Source of the DNA: Callorhinchus milii | Taxonomy: Eukaryota | Assembly (NCBI RefSeq): GCF_018977255.1 | Contig: NW_024704742.1 | Location: 104,534,001 to 104,598,000, forward strand | Length of the DNA stretch: 64,000 nucleotides | Direction of reading: 5' to 3' | Part shown: one piece after another, positions 48,761-61,725 of the stretch | Layout: each line of letters begins with the position of its first letter | How positions within the stretch are numbered: the stretch's first letter is position 1 | Translations under genes and position numbers: made by a program | Notes under the pieces: generated by a model | What the model saw: only the letters and a program-made list of their open reading frames with translations | Databases searched by the model: none | Told to the model about the DNA's origin: nothing

Positions 48761-48948
48761 CTTTAGGAACAATGCCAGATATGCCTGGGCCAATTCAAAG
48801 TCACGCTTGGTACCAAGCATGCAGCTGATCACACGTAGGAAGCTCTGCATCACATCTAAAGAACCACCTCCTTCTGGGGCCAAACCTCTCAGCTCAATGT
48901 CAATACCTGATGGTCCCATTTCTTTAAGAAGTTTAACTGGATGGTCAT
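48761..48948 (-). CDS. WDR36: WDR36 penultimate coding exon
   Basis: TAG|...|GTAAGT; DHPVKLLKEMGPSGIDIELRGLAPEGGGSLDVMQSFLRVISCMLGTKRDFELAQAYLALFLK; 188 bp. Confidence 0.97.
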
Positions 48949-50029
48949 CTACAAGAAATCAAGAAAATAAGTGAACATCCTATATATCCTCTGAAATCTT
49001 TTACTTGAAAGATGTTTATTTGATTGCAATAAATAATGTACAAAAGACAAGACAAATACATTTTAGCCAAGTCATTTTGTTTTTTAAAATAAGAAATTTG
49101 CCAAAAAAAACTTAAAAATGAAATTCTCTTTTTGAAGATTGCAATATTTAACTAGAAAAATCTATAGAACAGCCTAGTTGTTACTGACAAGCAATTTTAG
49201 GAACTAGAATTTTACCAAAAGATAGCAGATTCTCAAGCAAGGACTATAACTGGGAATGTGTATGAACAATAAGTGCAATCTCTGGGTTCTAACTATCATC
49301 TGAAATTGTCCAATAATGGAAGCAGTCAAGAGATCACAAGCCAGAAAACAGAGGTTAAATAGCATCACAATATTTATGAGTTTTTAATGAAGCTTCACAT
49401 TTTTTAGAATTTATCACCAATATTGAGAGACCCATCTTTAGATCCTCAGTCACTAGATGCTAGTTAATCATTCATGAGTCATAACAACATTTTTATCATC
49501 ACAAATGAATGCAATAACTTGGGAACATAACATTGATATTAGAAGAACTGGATCCAAGTAATGGCTCTACAATGAAACCTTAAAAGTTGGAGAACATGTG
49601 AACATAAAATAAATTATATCCATATTTCCTAGAAGAACTGGGAAATATGTGGAGAGACAGTTGGAAAACGTGTATAGTGTTTTCAAAATTTAAATTGCAC
49701 GTTTCAGAGGATCAAAGGTTACGATTACAATCAAGAAGGAAAAAAAAGTAATCTTTAACTTATTGTTTCTATTCTTCGACCAAAAAAACAAACAAAAATT
49801 TGGCATGTTTTACAGAATCTTAAGTTGGATTTAAAGAGCAATCTAATATTTTTACAAGGGTAAATGAGCAAACAATTATTGCTGGCCGTTATGTAGAAGT
49901 AAATATTGTTGTCCATATTAAGAAAGTGCATATATAATTAGTAATTCAAATAAAGACAAGACAAAGTTAAGGCACATCTTAAATAAATATTCTTACACTA
50001 ACCTAAATAACATTTGGAATTAATTTATG

Positions 50030-50420
50030 GAATTACAGCCTTATGATCTGGAGAAACCAATGATACTATTGAGAACAAAGAAAACATTGGGTTAACAGAA
50101 GATAAAGCAGATGAGAAAAGGCATAGAAGCATTCTCAAATATACAGCTAGGTAGAAGAGTGGCATCATTCGTAAATAATCACATAATTGTTGGCGAAAGG
50201 TGGATATAATAGAAGGGATGATGGCTGAAGCAATAAGCAGAAATTGGTAATAAGGTAGTAATTGGAAATTGCTATGGACGGCCGACTCAAGATGAACAGA
50301 TGGATAGCAAGCTGTTTGAGCAGGTACAAGACAAGAAGATGCAGGGAATTATAATTTCATAATCGGGGGGGATTTCAACATGCCAGAAGTGGACAGACCA
50401 GAGGGATCTGAAAGAGAGGA
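50030..50420 (+). mobile_element. Highly degenerate CR1 endonuclease fragment
   Basis: GDFNMPEVD trace. Confidence 0.5.
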
Positions 50421-50580
50421 GTGAAAGTATAAACCAATTTCAAAGCAGTAATTAGTGCTTTCTTCTTAACATGTAAAGCAGGTACCAAGACGTACATTAT
50501 ACCAAATTTAATATTCAGTAGTCAAATCAAAAATGAGTTTGAAAGATGGTGGCAATACTCTCAAACATTTCCTGCTGAGT

Positions 50581-51180
50581 TGCATTGCCACCACGAAGCT
50601 CACAGGGAGTTCCTGGTAAGTGGCATTCACCTAGTGAGGTCTCAAACCTACATTTGTCAAATATCAAATGACCAACTGGTGACTATTCTCCTGGGGGGGT
50701 GGGGGGCGGAGGAGTAGGAGCACATTCCTCTGCAAAATATGTCACCTTGGAGCTGAACCAGCTCACAGGTAATACGTTTGACAAGAGAATGTCAGAATCG
50801 AGCCAACTTTCTGTGGCGGTTTCAGGTAGAAAAGTTCTTAAGCGAGGCAGGACTGCAGTATTCCAGGGTGCTGCTGATGACAGCCCATGCAACCGTCTGT
50901 CTCAAAGACAGGACTTGGAAGGGCAGACCAGTCACTTGGGGCAGGAAATCTTCCCATTTAGCTCCTGTTAATTCTGCAAGACAAAGCCCTAACAGGTAGG
51001 GTGGTCGTAACTGGACAAGCAGTGGGAAAGTTTGTCAGACAGTGCTTTCAATGACTCTTTCGATGAGTGGGCTTCAGCAGTGTCCCAACGCACAATCATG
51101 GGTGCCCAAGCCTTGGCTCTTGCCAACATGCGCCTAACACTCTCCAAAATTGGGCAAGCTAGGGAGAGATTGCACACTCC
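50581..51180 (-). mobile_element. Dispersed repeat copy 2 (non-L2/CR1 LINE relic)
   Basis: Homologous to 23141-23437; LRQTVAWAVISSTLEYCSPA..HRKL..KRIT peptide with stops. Confidence 0.65.
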
Positions 51181-51831
51181 ATTCCATTAAAATATCTTGC
51201 AAATTTCCTTTACATCATTTATAAAGGTTACGATGCATAGAGCTCTGTTTGGTTTGGATACTCATAAGCATGACAATGGGTTTCTGCAGTATCGGGTGCC
51301 TGGCTGACAAAAACATTTTTTTAAAAAAGGTGGTGAGCACAGGAGGTGTTAAAAATCACTCTATTGAGATTTGAACTTAAATACTGCTGCTCCCTATATT
51401 TTTTTATATGGGTTTGTAATCTTGCTTGATTTTAATGCTAACTTATTACCAAAGACCAAAATTAGTTAAAGGATAAAATCTAAGAACTGGTGTCAGAAAC
51501 TTCCTAATGATGAACATAATTCATTTAGATAAATGATTAGTGTCTTAGCAGTCATAAATAGTGTTATGAAATAAATGCAAGATCCACCGAGCTTCAGGTA
51601 AAGAAAGTTAGAGAGTAAATTGCTCTCAACTCAAAAGCAAAAGTTCTAGCTTTACTCAGATCAGACCTTTACATCACTAAAATGCATAATTGCTTCCTTT
51701 TGTTTTTGCCTGGCCAACAAATACAAAAAGTATACTCTATAAGGAATTTGAACAAGTGACAAAATATCATAGTAATGTGGATATTATTGATAAATAGAAA
51801 GTTTGCAAGATTTTGTTTGCATCTTACTTAC

Positions 51832-51913
51832 AATTTTTGGTATTTAGGGCATTCTCCAGCTGCACGTAGAATTCTGACTTTTGCGCCAACATGCCCAAAT
51901 TTACTACTTTAGA
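51832..51913 (-). CDS. WDR36: WDR36 coding exon
   Basis: AAG|...|GTAAGT; SKVVNLGMLAQKSEFYVQLENALNTKN(Y); 82 bp. Confidence 0.94.
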
Positions 51914-51974
51914 CTTTGAGAATGGGATAAAAAAAAGAAACATAATTATAAAGGTTGCAGTATCATAACTCCAC

Positions 51975-52225
51975 AGTTGCGCACAGCAATGTACCACAAA
52001 CAGCCGTGAACTGAATGACCAATTTTATTTGGCCAGGACACCGAAAGAAACTCATTTCTCTTTTCGAATAGTGCCATGGGATCTTTAACATCCATCAGAT
52101 TGAACCTCAATTTAACGATTCATCCAAAGGACGGAACCTCTGACAATGAACCCCCCCGCCACGCTCCCAGCACTGCATTGGAGTGTAGCTTACACTATGT
52201 CAGTTCAAGTTCTGACGTGGGATAC
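51975..52225 (-). mobile_element. Old SacSINE1-like SINE
   Basis: Reverse core TAGTGCCATGGGATCTTTAACATCCA. Confidence 0.7.
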
Positions 52226-52449
52226 AAATATAAAACAAGCTGATTTGGCATACATTTTAAATATCATTTACATTTTTACATTTACATTTTTCTGAACAAT
52301 TAAAGACTGGTTCTGGAATATTTCCAGATCAGTACAATATGGATGCACCAAACAAGAAATGTAAATAACCTCAGGAAGTTTCAAATGCAGGTTTGAAAGT
52401 ACAATATGCATATCACCATAAATGTAATGGATTTTATTTTATTGCTTAC

Positions 52450-52569
52450 CTGGTCCTGAGCAGTTGACTCATCCATAGAAGCAAAGCGAGGCACCAGGCC
52501 AGGAACAGTTGGAATGAAGAAGGGAGCAGATTTGGGCACCTTAGGTGGCTCCTTTGGTTTGTTCCTTTT
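52450..52569 (-). CDS. WDR36: WDR36 coding exon
   Basis: CAG|...|GTAAG; KRNKPKEPPKVPKSAPFFIPTVPGLVPRFASMDESTAQDQ, containing the hallmark Utp21 motif NKPKEPPKxPKSAPFF; 120 bp. Confidence 0.97.
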
Positions 52570-53064
52570 CTGTAGACCAGCCAAAAAAATAGAATAATCA
52601 GAACTCAAGATTTGTACAAAATTAGATTTCAGGTATATTGTCAAAATAACCACCTTCTTTTGACATTACACATTATCTATGTGTATTGGCAAAATATAAA
52701 ATTATTGTATATGAAAAATATCTACCTGTAAGCAATAATTTTACAAAAAAAATAACCAATATTGTTTATTTCTGGTTCCTCGGGTAGCAGTTAGGGCTAA
52801 TTAAAGTTTGCACAGCAGACCTAAAAGTAAAATGCAAATAGGCTATAATATTTATGAGTGTCAAACTATTAGTGGGATTGGTTGATAAAGATAAAATGAT
52901 GGCAATTGTTTTAATGATGTTTCCGCCTAATACATGTAGTACCCAGGTTGATTAACACCACTATAGAATAAGAAAAGGAGTTTGATCATTCAATGAAGAA
53001 CTGAAAATTCAGAATGCAGCAGCACAACATTGATTACTGTTCAAGCACTCGATGACTTTGGTAC

Positions 53065-53210
53065 CTTGATAACATCAAGATTGAAAAGATTTTTCCAGCG
53101 TGATTCTGGAAGCAAAGAGAGCGTCACCAACTGTTCTCCTAGCTGCTCTGGTGATTCATATTCTATCATCAGATCATTTGCTTCCTCCTCATCTTCTGAA
53201 GTTTCCAGTT
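53065..53210 (-). CDS. WDR36: WDR36 coding exon (Utp21 C-terminal domain)
   Basis: TAG|...|GTACC; (E)LETSEDEEEANDLMIEYESPEQLGEQLVTLSLLPESRWKNLFNLDVIK; 146 bp. Confidence 0.95.
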
Positions 53211-53482
53211 CTAAAATCAAAAGAAAGTTTCCATATTATTTAATTATTTGGGGTCTTGAAATCCATTAAGAATGCAAGCAAAGCTTAATCAGTGATTGTA
53301 CATCAAGTACAGGTTACAACATGAATTGAAAACTACCAAAGTGTGTTGTAATTACATTTGCTCCTATATAGCCTGTTACATTATATTTAGTGCAACAGAA
53401 AGCTTTATGGTTTGAAGTACCACTATGTGAGATATGGTTAAAATATAAGTTTCATTTCTGAAATGATCATCGTTCTTCAAAC

Positions 53483-53580
53483 CTTGTGGTGGACAAGTTC
53501 CAGGAAGCATTACAATAGAAGGTTCAAAATCAGCAGGAAGTGGTCGGAGGGAAACAAGTCTATAAAGCGTGTTGTTGGAC
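53483..53580 (-). CDS. WDR36: WDR36 coding exon
   Basis: TAG|...|GTTTGA (weak donor, chosen by phase); SNNTLYRLVSLRPLPADFEPSIVMLPGTCPPQ; 98 bp. Confidence 0.9.
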
Positions 53581-53618
53581 CTAAAAGCAAAGGAAAAGAG
53601 ATGCTGTTAAATGCTGTA

Positions 53619-53998
53619 TAGTGGTATCCATGGAGTGAAATGCATAAATATCACCATATCCCTATTCCTACATTAGTGATTTTGTAAAAAAAATGTTGGC
53701 AACGTTTTCTGTTTAGATTCTTTACATCTATCTTTTAAATGTTCTCAAATAAATCAATACTACTATGTGACTACCTATAACTAAAAGCTTTGTAAAATAC
53801 TAGATATATGATGCACTTTATTCCCACATCAACATGTTTTAGCATTAACCAGAAAGAATATTTATTAGATCAAAACACTTAAGGCTATCATATTTCTGAG
53901 TTTGGGTCCATGGATAAAGCATCTCAAAAGAAAATGTTAACAAAAAATCCTTCACAAAATCACTAATGTAGAAGTGCAGATAGGGTAATCCACCACTG
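53619..53998. mobile_element. Degenerate Tc1/mariner-type MITE
   Basis: TA|TAGTGG ... CCACTG|TA ends; exact 17-bp internal inverted match TACATTAGTGATTTTGT / ACAAAATCACTAATGTA plus further degenerate IR. Confidence 0.55.
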
Positions 53999-54517
53999 TA
54001 TACCTATCAACCCAAATCTTTAGTTTAAAATGTGTATTGTATAATTTAAATGTGTATATGCATGTAAATGTATATAAAATTCACTCGTTTTCTTAAGTTT
54101 TTTTTATCATGTTTGACAATAACATTGATGTATTTGTTAATACCAATTCCGCCATTTTTCCTTAGTAATTTTACCTATTGTTGAACATCTCTATTAAATC
54201 TCCTGTTACCACATTTAGTGCATAATGCTAATTGGGATTTGAACATTCCATGTACATTACATCTTTCAAAATCCACGAGATAATTTTTTGTGACACTCAT
54301 ATGCAAAAATGTAATTAACTAAAACATTCACATGTTCAGATGAGACAATAAAATTATTTTTTTTAGAATCACACAGTAAGTAATAAATACTAGATGGGGT
54401 TGTCTTGGTGTAGAATTCCCACCTAACAATAAAGCATTTTTGTTGATATAAAGGTACACTTCACTTCCATCAGTGATTGTTAATGCAATATTGTTGTTCT
54501 GTAAAAAGTGCACACAC

Positions 54518-54625
54518 CAGAGATAAATTCCCAAGTCATCTACGTGAGCTGAAGCCAAAAAGTCTCCAGTTGGGGACATGGTAATACTGACAGCTGCTGA
54601 GTCCACCGAAAAACAGTCAATCAAA
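54518..54625 (-). CDS. WDR36: WDR36 coding exon
   Basis: CAG|...|GTGTGT; LIDCFSVDSAAVSITMSPTGDFLASAHVDDLGIYL(W); 108 bp. Confidence 0.95.
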
Positions 54626-55309
54626 CTGTTGGAGAAAGAGAATAACATAGAAATCACTGGAAAATATTCAATACATTTTTTAAAAAATAATTTATACTGC
54701 TTTCACTGAAATGTTTTAGACTTTAACAAAGTAAGAATCAGTTTATTTTATTCCACTGGAATACAAGAAAACATGAAATTAGTCTTAAAATCAAATCAAA
54801 ATGCAGCCCTCTTTTGCAACAAGTAATTTTACTATATCTATGTTAGTTATATCAAAAATCAGAAGATCAATCAAACTGAATATCAAACTCCCAAGCACAA
54901 TAAATTAAATGCATGTCTAATACTACCAAGGGAAAAGCATTTTCAGCCATATCAGCAATTTTCATTTTAAAACAATGAGCGTGGCACAAAATGAAACACA
55001 TTTTACTGTGTCAGCAAACTAGACTTTGATGGAAAAATGTTATCATAAAACCTTTTACTAGTTTACTTTGTTCAAACTAATATTCTTTCACTGCGATTGA
55101 CAAATACGCTTTGCAGCACTTTTTTTCAAATTGAGATTATTTTAGAACAAAACGAGATTATTTATTTTATTTAATGCAAGAATTTCATCTTTTAAAGACT
55201 GAACAAACAATCTTTTAAACAAGATCAATGGGAATATTATCAATGAGTATCAAACTGCTGATTTTTAACATGGAAAATGATAATGTGGTATAATTACTTT
55301 AAATACGGT

Positions 55310-55745
55310 ATCTTCAGGATACCAGGGATGAGAGACTTCAATTATGTGGATAGACTAGCGAAGCTGGGATTGTTCTTCTTAAAGCAGAGAAAGTTAATGA
55401 TAGATTTAATAGAGATATTCAAAATTATGAGGGGTTTTGATAAGAGTAAATGTTTCCTCTGGCAAGTAGGTTGGTAATCAGAGGACACAGATTTAAGATA
55501 ATTGGCTAAAGAACCAACATTCCAGAGTTGTTGCGAACTGGAATGCACTGCTTGAAAGGGTGGTGGAAGCAGATTCGATAGTAGCTTTCGAAAGGGGATT
55601 AGATAGATACTTGAAAAGGAAAAAATTACAGGCCTATGGGTAAGAGCGGGGGAGTGGGACTAGTTGGATAGCTATTTCAAAGAGGCGGCACAGGCACGAT
55701 GGGCTAAATGGCCTCCTTCTGTGCTGTAAGTTTCTATAATTCATA
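55310..55745 (+). mobile_element. CR1 LINE 3' end
   Basis: PGMRDFNYVDRLAKLGLF..DLIEIFKIMRGFD; tail GGGCTAAATGGCCTCCTTCTGTGCTG, whose reverse copy is at 47128-47170. Confidence 0.9.
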
Positions 55746-56244
55746 TGACTTCATAAAATTTGTTGCCCAAAATGAATGATGTTTAATCCACAGTAAGAAT
55801 ATGCATCTTTTCTGGTTATTTTAAGACTTTATTGTGGCTATAAGTCTATATCAGAAGTCGTAGAAAGCAAAACAGAAACTATGCCTGATCTAAGTCTCTA
55901 GCCCCACTCTATATGGACATATTGACTGCTGCTCCAGACCTGAGCTACCTATCTCTCTGATCATCATTTTTTTCTTTCTCCTTTAATTTGTTTTCTTCTT
56001 TACTCGCTCTTCAATTTTTTAAATTTCTTTTCACTTCCCTATCCAAGATTCTCAAAGTTAACCATTACTTTCTCAAATTCATCTCAAATTTAAAATGAAT
56101 TGGCTACTTGTCTCAGCATTATTTGTAGGAAATTGCTTGAGAAATTAGCTGCCATGTTTACCTACCTAAAAAACATTTATTTGATTTCTAATTAAACTCA
56201 TTCTGTTAAGCTCTTAAAAATGTCTATTTTTGTGAAAGGCACTA

Positions 56245-56543
56245 AATCCTTCAGATGAGACGTTAAACTGAGGCTCCATCTGCCTGTTTGGTTGGATGTT
56301 AAAGATCCCATGGCACTATTCGAAAAGAGAAGGAAGTTTCTCCCAGTGGCCTGGCCAACAATCCCCCAAATATAACTGGTCACACACTCCATGGCTGGTT
56401 GTGGGACACTGCTGTATGCAACTGGCTGCCATGGTTTATCCACAAAATACAGTCAATCCACTGTACAGTATATCCTGTGATGCGCTTTGAGAGGTCTCAA
56501 CGACGTGATAAGGTGCTAGATCAAATGCAAGGATTATTATTAT
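56245..56543 (+). mobile_element. SacSINE1-like SINE (core + tail)
   Basis: GATGAGACGTTAAACTGAGG...AAAGATCCCATGGCACTATT, body, (ATT)n. Confidence 0.8.
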
Positions 56544-57169
56544 ATCATTAAATAAAAGTAAGCTGTTTTAATTTCAATATATACAAGTGTGAATTTTTGG
56601 CTTAAGTTCAAAATATTGCACATTACCTTGTAGTGAGTTGTTTTTAAATAATTGTGGAAAAAATTGACAATATACTGACATTAAATACTGAACCTTAAAT
56701 ACTGAATGCAAAGAAACTTCACATCAGATTATTTGAACTGAAATTCAGCTTGTTTCAGAGAATACTGTTCAATATCTATAAACAAAATGATATTTAAGAT
56801 CACTTTAGAAAAATCTTTTATTATTTAAAATAAAAGAATAAAATACACAGAAATAAGTACATCTTACATTTTTATTGTGCAAAATTCTGAAATTCTGTCT
56901 TGAAGGCATGTTCTGCATTTTAAATAGCTGAATTCAGCAGCAAAAACTCCCACTATTGATTTCCATTCAAATCACACCCGTTATCCTTAAATTATTTATT
57001 GCTACAGGGTATTCATGAAGCACTGAATCAATTTAATTAAGAAGCATTGAGTGATCTTGAAATCATTCTCATTATTGCTGAGTTTAGGCTAGATGTTGGT
57101 GACTGAAAATCATGGTGGTAGCAATTGTTCTGCCAAATAAGTAACAAATCCCCTGGGACAGATGAACTG

Positions 57170-57375
57170 TAATAATAATAATAATAATCCTTGCATTTGA
57201 TATAGCGCTTTTCACGTGGGAGGACGTCCCAAAGCGCTTCACAGAACACACTGTAAAGTGAATTGACTGTATATTTGTGGGCGAACGCGGCAGCCAATTG
57301 CGCACAGCAATGTCCCACAAACAGTCGTAGATTGAAAAAGACCAATTTTTATTATTGTTTTTGGTGGGATTATTA
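57170..57375 (-). mobile_element. 5'-truncated young SINE
   Basis: Body and tail; CTGTA duplicated at flanks. Confidence 0.9.
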
Positions 57376-57394
57376 CTGTACTCCAGGGTACTTG

Positions 57395-59590
57395 GAGAGA
57401 CTGGCAGGAGATTTGTGATGGACATTACAAAGGAGTAAATCATGACGGGAAGAAGCAGAGGTTATTCCCATAATTCAAGAAGGGCGACAAAACTAAACTT
57501 GATATTCCGAAGGACTAGAAGCAAACAGATTTTATTCCCATATTCAAGAAGGGTGACAAATCTAAACATGGCTGTTTATTATTGTTTATTAGCCTGACCT
57601 CAATAGTCAATTCCAAAAGATGTTTGGCAAAAAGTACTACATTTTTACATTTACATTTACACTGCTGAAAGAACTGTGGTCATGGGGTATCAAGAACAAA
57701 CATGAATTGAGAATTAGTTGAAGGGAAGGAAGCAGAGGGTCTTTGGTAGGTGAGCTAAGTTAATATGGAAAGAGGTATTAAGTGTGGTACCTCAGAGGTC
57801 TATATCTGACCCCTTCTATTCCTCGTATATATTGATGACTTGGAATTGCAGACACAGTCTAAGATAGCTGAATTTCAGATGTCACAAGTTGGAATCAAAA
57901 AGAGGCAGCAAATATCCTCCAGAGAGCTTGATAGGATGTGCACACAGACTGATAACTGCCAAATGAAGTTTTTAATACTGATAAATGCAAAGTACTGTAT
58001 AAAAGACCCAAGAATAGGAAACACAAATACTCCATGGATGGAGCTGAGTTTGCCAGGGGAAAGCTAAAGGAGATCTAGGAGTGCAAATTTACTTGTCTTT
58101 CATTATGTCAAATGCAGGCAACAAAAAACAAGGCAAACAGGATATTGGACCATATTACTAAATTAGTTGAGTTTAGATCCCGAAATCATACTCAGGCTAT
58201 ACAATCGTCTGGTTAGATTACACCTTGAATACTAAATAGCACAACAAAAGGGGGCCCAGGCTGTAGAAGCAGTATAGAGGAGAGCAACGAGGATGTTCCC
58301 CAGTGTTAGAGAAATGAGCTACAAGCTGGGCTGATAGAAAAGTGTGGCTGCAATTTTCCGCGGCACCCTCTACAAACCCCCTCCGCAACAAATGAGTAAA
58401 ATCAGTGTGCTTGGGGCCCCAGGCCTCTGCGTCCTGCTGCCGGCTGTTTACTCAATGCTGATACTGTGGGCGGAGCTGCTCGACACACATGTGTGATGTG
58501 GCACGAGCAGGAAATAGGCTTTGCTCACCCCGAGACCCTCCTGTTATGATCGTCTATGGGTCTCTCTCTCCTCTGTATGTGTGTGTGTTTGTCTCTGTAT
58601 GGGTGTGTGTGTGTATCTCTTCTATGTGTGTGTGTGTTTATGAGTGTCTGTGTGTGAGTGTGTCTCTTCTCCTCTGTATATAAGTGTGTGTCTCTCTGTA
58701 TCTGCTTGTGTTTATGTCTGTCTGTGTCTTTGAGTGTGCCTGTCTGTGTCATTGAGTGTGTCTCTTTCTGCATTCGTGACTGTTTATCCCTCTATGTCTG
58801 AATGTGGGTGTCTCTGTTTGTGTCTCTCTGCATCTGTGAGTTTGTATTTTTCTGTCTTGTGAGTGTGTGTCTCTCTGCACCCATCAGTGTGTCTCTCTTC
58901 TTCCGCGAGTGTATAGGTCTCTATGTCTGTGAGTGTGTGTCTTTCTGTATCTCCCTGTGTCTGTGAGTGTGTGTCTCTGTCTGTGTGTGGTGGCAGCCCC
59001 CAAGAGGCAGGAGGTGGTGACCTCCTGGAGCTCTGCAAGCAGGACACCACCTGGTGTTTGGTGGATCTCCAGTAGGCACCCCGTTTTTGTTAATGAAATC
59101 ATTAATAATTTGTTTTGCAACAATCTAATATGTTTTATTTCTTCATGTTTAATTTTATCAATAAAGTGAAAAAATGTAGATTGGTAGTAAAATGTACCTC
59201 AATAGCACCAATCAACTCCCCGCAACTTTGGGCAAATATTTCCACAATTTTCTATTGGCCCTGGCTATAAGCAATGATTAGACAAGTTAGGGCTCTTCAA
59301 TCTTGAGAGGTGACTCAGTGGGGACCTTGTAGAGTGTATTAACAGTAGAAAAAGAGGACGCATGTTTAGAGTTGTAAAGGGCAATTTCAGGAGATACCAA
59401 AAAGGTTTTCTTTATGCAGAGGATAATCAACGACTGGAACAGGTTGCCACAAAAGGTGGCAGAGGGCAGGACACTAAGCTCATTTAAGAAGCTTAATGTA
59501 ATGATAAGAGGATGGTAGGTTGGGTATTCTTGAGGGATGAGATTGGAGGGGCTGAACAGCATTCTTTATCCAGACTGATTTAGTGATCTT
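57395..59590 (+). mobile_element. Degenerate CR1 RT element split by a DNA-transposon insertion
   Basis: IPIFKKGDK, VPQRSISDP ([12 protein letters not shown]), LVRLHLEY, and EMSYK|..LDKLGLF resuming after 59263. Confidence 0.85.
58326..59263. mobile_element. Non-autonomous hAT-like DNA transposon with internal TG/TC microsatellite
   Basis: Imperfect 22-bp TIRs: CTGGGCTGATAGAAAAGTGTGG versus revcomp of right end CAGGGCCAATAGAAAATTGTGG. 8-bp TSD GCTACAAG (58318-58325) / GCTATAAG (59264-59271). Confidence 0.8.
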
Positions 59591-59659
59591 GAATATATGA
59601 CAGAAACTCAGAGAAGACAAAGCTGTGCTCTTGAGAACACTGTTTCAGAAGCGATGCAA

Positions 59660-59990
59660 TTTATTATTATTAAGTCGAATTTGATATAGTGCCTTATAAT
59701 ATCATGAAAACATCTTTGCAGGATTTTATTGTGTAGTGACTATGTATTTGTAGGCAACCTGCAGCTAATTTGCACACAGTAATGTCTCACAAACGGTCAT
59801 GCAGTGAATGACTAATTTTATCCAAAGGACTGTTGAACAGGACACCAAGAGAAACTTACTTTTTTTTCTTGAAAGTTCCATGGGATCTTTAACATGTAGG
59901 ACTTCAATTTATTGTCTCACCTGAAGGACCCACCTCAAACAATGCAGTGCTGCTTAAACAATGCATTGGAGTGTCAGCCTAGACTATGAA
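59660..59990 (-). mobile_element. Old SacSINE1-like SINE
   Basis: Reverse core CCATGGGATCTTTAACAT and GGAGTGTCAGCCTAGA. Confidence 0.65.
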
Positions 59991-60411
59991 CTTAAACACA
60001 CCTGCTCAGTCTAAATGTGGTGGATATGAATTGGTGGGTTCACTCGATTGAAAGGTTTTGAGACTTTAGAGTTTTTTTTAATGCAAATCATTCTCAAAAC
60101 ATCAAATTTTGTATACGTTTCAAACTGAAAGCAATGTGAAATAGCCCAAAACTGGCTTCTCTTTCTGTATTCCTACACTGCCAGGAATGAAGCCACTTCA
60201 CTCCTGGCAATATAACCAATGTCTAGAAATAAAAATTTATACCTGAGGTGAATATAAATGTAATTCACTACTGCAGCATAAAATACATTATTTCAAATAC
60301 AACATACTTTGCTTAAAAACTATTTCATTTAAAGGCAATCAGTGAAATAAAAAACACAAAATAATATCTGTGCTTTCTTACAAGATTATTGCTAAGTAAA
60401 CTCAGACTTAC

Positions 60412-60491
60412 CACCCTGAAGGAAGATCCCAGGTCCTAATGCTACAGTCCATTGAAGCAGTAATTAACCAACGACCATCAGGACTGAAGGC
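60412..60491 (-). CDS. WDR36: WDR36 coding exon
   Basis: AAG|...|GTAAGT; AFSPDGRWLITASMDCSIRTWDLPSG(C), a WD40 repeat; 80 bp. Confidence 0.96.
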
Positions 60492-61008
60492 CTTGACAAT
60501 GAAATAAATTGGATAAATTATTTGCTACCTCTTGACATACTTAAAAATAGGGAATTTAGTCAGTTTTGTGTTATATTGCATTTAATTCCTTAAAAAGAAT
60601 CCCGTTACTTTTTCATGTATGAAATTCCGCTAGTGAGTAAAGTTTTGCCAGACGACTTTAGCATGAACTTGGTATTGGGAAATCTCATTGTAAAATCTCA
60701 TTGCAAGTGCAAATAGGCAAAGATGGTAACTTTACAAATACTAAGAATTTTAATTCCTAGTAGCTGTTATACTATAAACACAGATTTTCATGTTAATATG
60801 GTAACACATACAAATTAGTTAATATAATTTATAACATTCCATCATAAATTTTACACCTCAATTATACCAGAGAGAATAGAATTGAAGGATATCACAAAAA
60901 AGGGGATATGGGACTAGGGTTGGGTCTAGGAATAGGCATATGTGTGGAGTATAAACACTAGATGGGCTGAATGGTCTGTTTCTGAACTGTACCATCTATG
61001 ATCTATGA

Positions 61009-61560
61009 AACAACAACAATTGCATTTATATAGCAGCTTTCATAAAAGCTGCTATATAAATTGGGATGTCAGAATATCCCAAGTCGGAACATCCCAAGGC
61101 GCTAGACAGTCAAATGTTTGCACCAGAGCTGGGGATTGGAATCAAGAGGGGTGGGGGCCAAAGGGGATGGGGGTAGGATGACCCAAGGCACGGTCAAAGA
61201 GGAAGATCTTGAGACGGGCCTTGAAGAGGTAAGGGAGGGGGCAAGGCAAAGGGGTTTCAGTGGAGCAGAAAGAATGAAGACCCAACTACCAATGGTGAGG
61301 CAGCCAGGGCGGGTACGTGGAGAAGGCCACTACTCGCCAAGCAGAGGGAGCAGGAAGATAGGTAAGGTGTTAGTAGGATGAGAGCTAAGTACTGTGGGCA
61401 TCCCGGAAATCGGAATGGAGAGGTTGGTACAGGGAGTGGCAGGAGAGGGAACAGTGAAGCTGGGAAGCAACAACTTGTTCCAGGACTTTGCAAAGAAATG
61501 GAAGGATGAAGATGGGATGGTAGTTAAGAGAACAGAGATGGGTCAAGGGAAGGTTTATTG
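61009..61560 (-). mobile_element. L2 fragments
   Basis: 3' tail at 61009-61110, ORF2 end, and an RT-upstream piece at 61405-61560. Confidence 0.8.
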
Positions 61561-61725
61561 AGGGTGAGTGAAACGAGAATAACTGATGTGCAAAATGCTG
61601 AAAATATCTTGTTATTCAAATGTTCAAAATGGAGTCACAAAAAATGAAAATCTAAGGGAAATGAATCACAAGTTTGAATTTCATGAAAATCAAAACAGAT
61701 CTAGAGTAGAAACTGGATTGCACAT

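Noticed and set aside
49446..49502. Box C/D snoRNA in a WDR36 intron (GTGATGA...CTGA on - strand)
   Set aside because: Only 57 nt, no terminal stem, and no rRNA complement I can recognise. A snoscan/Infernal run would settle it.
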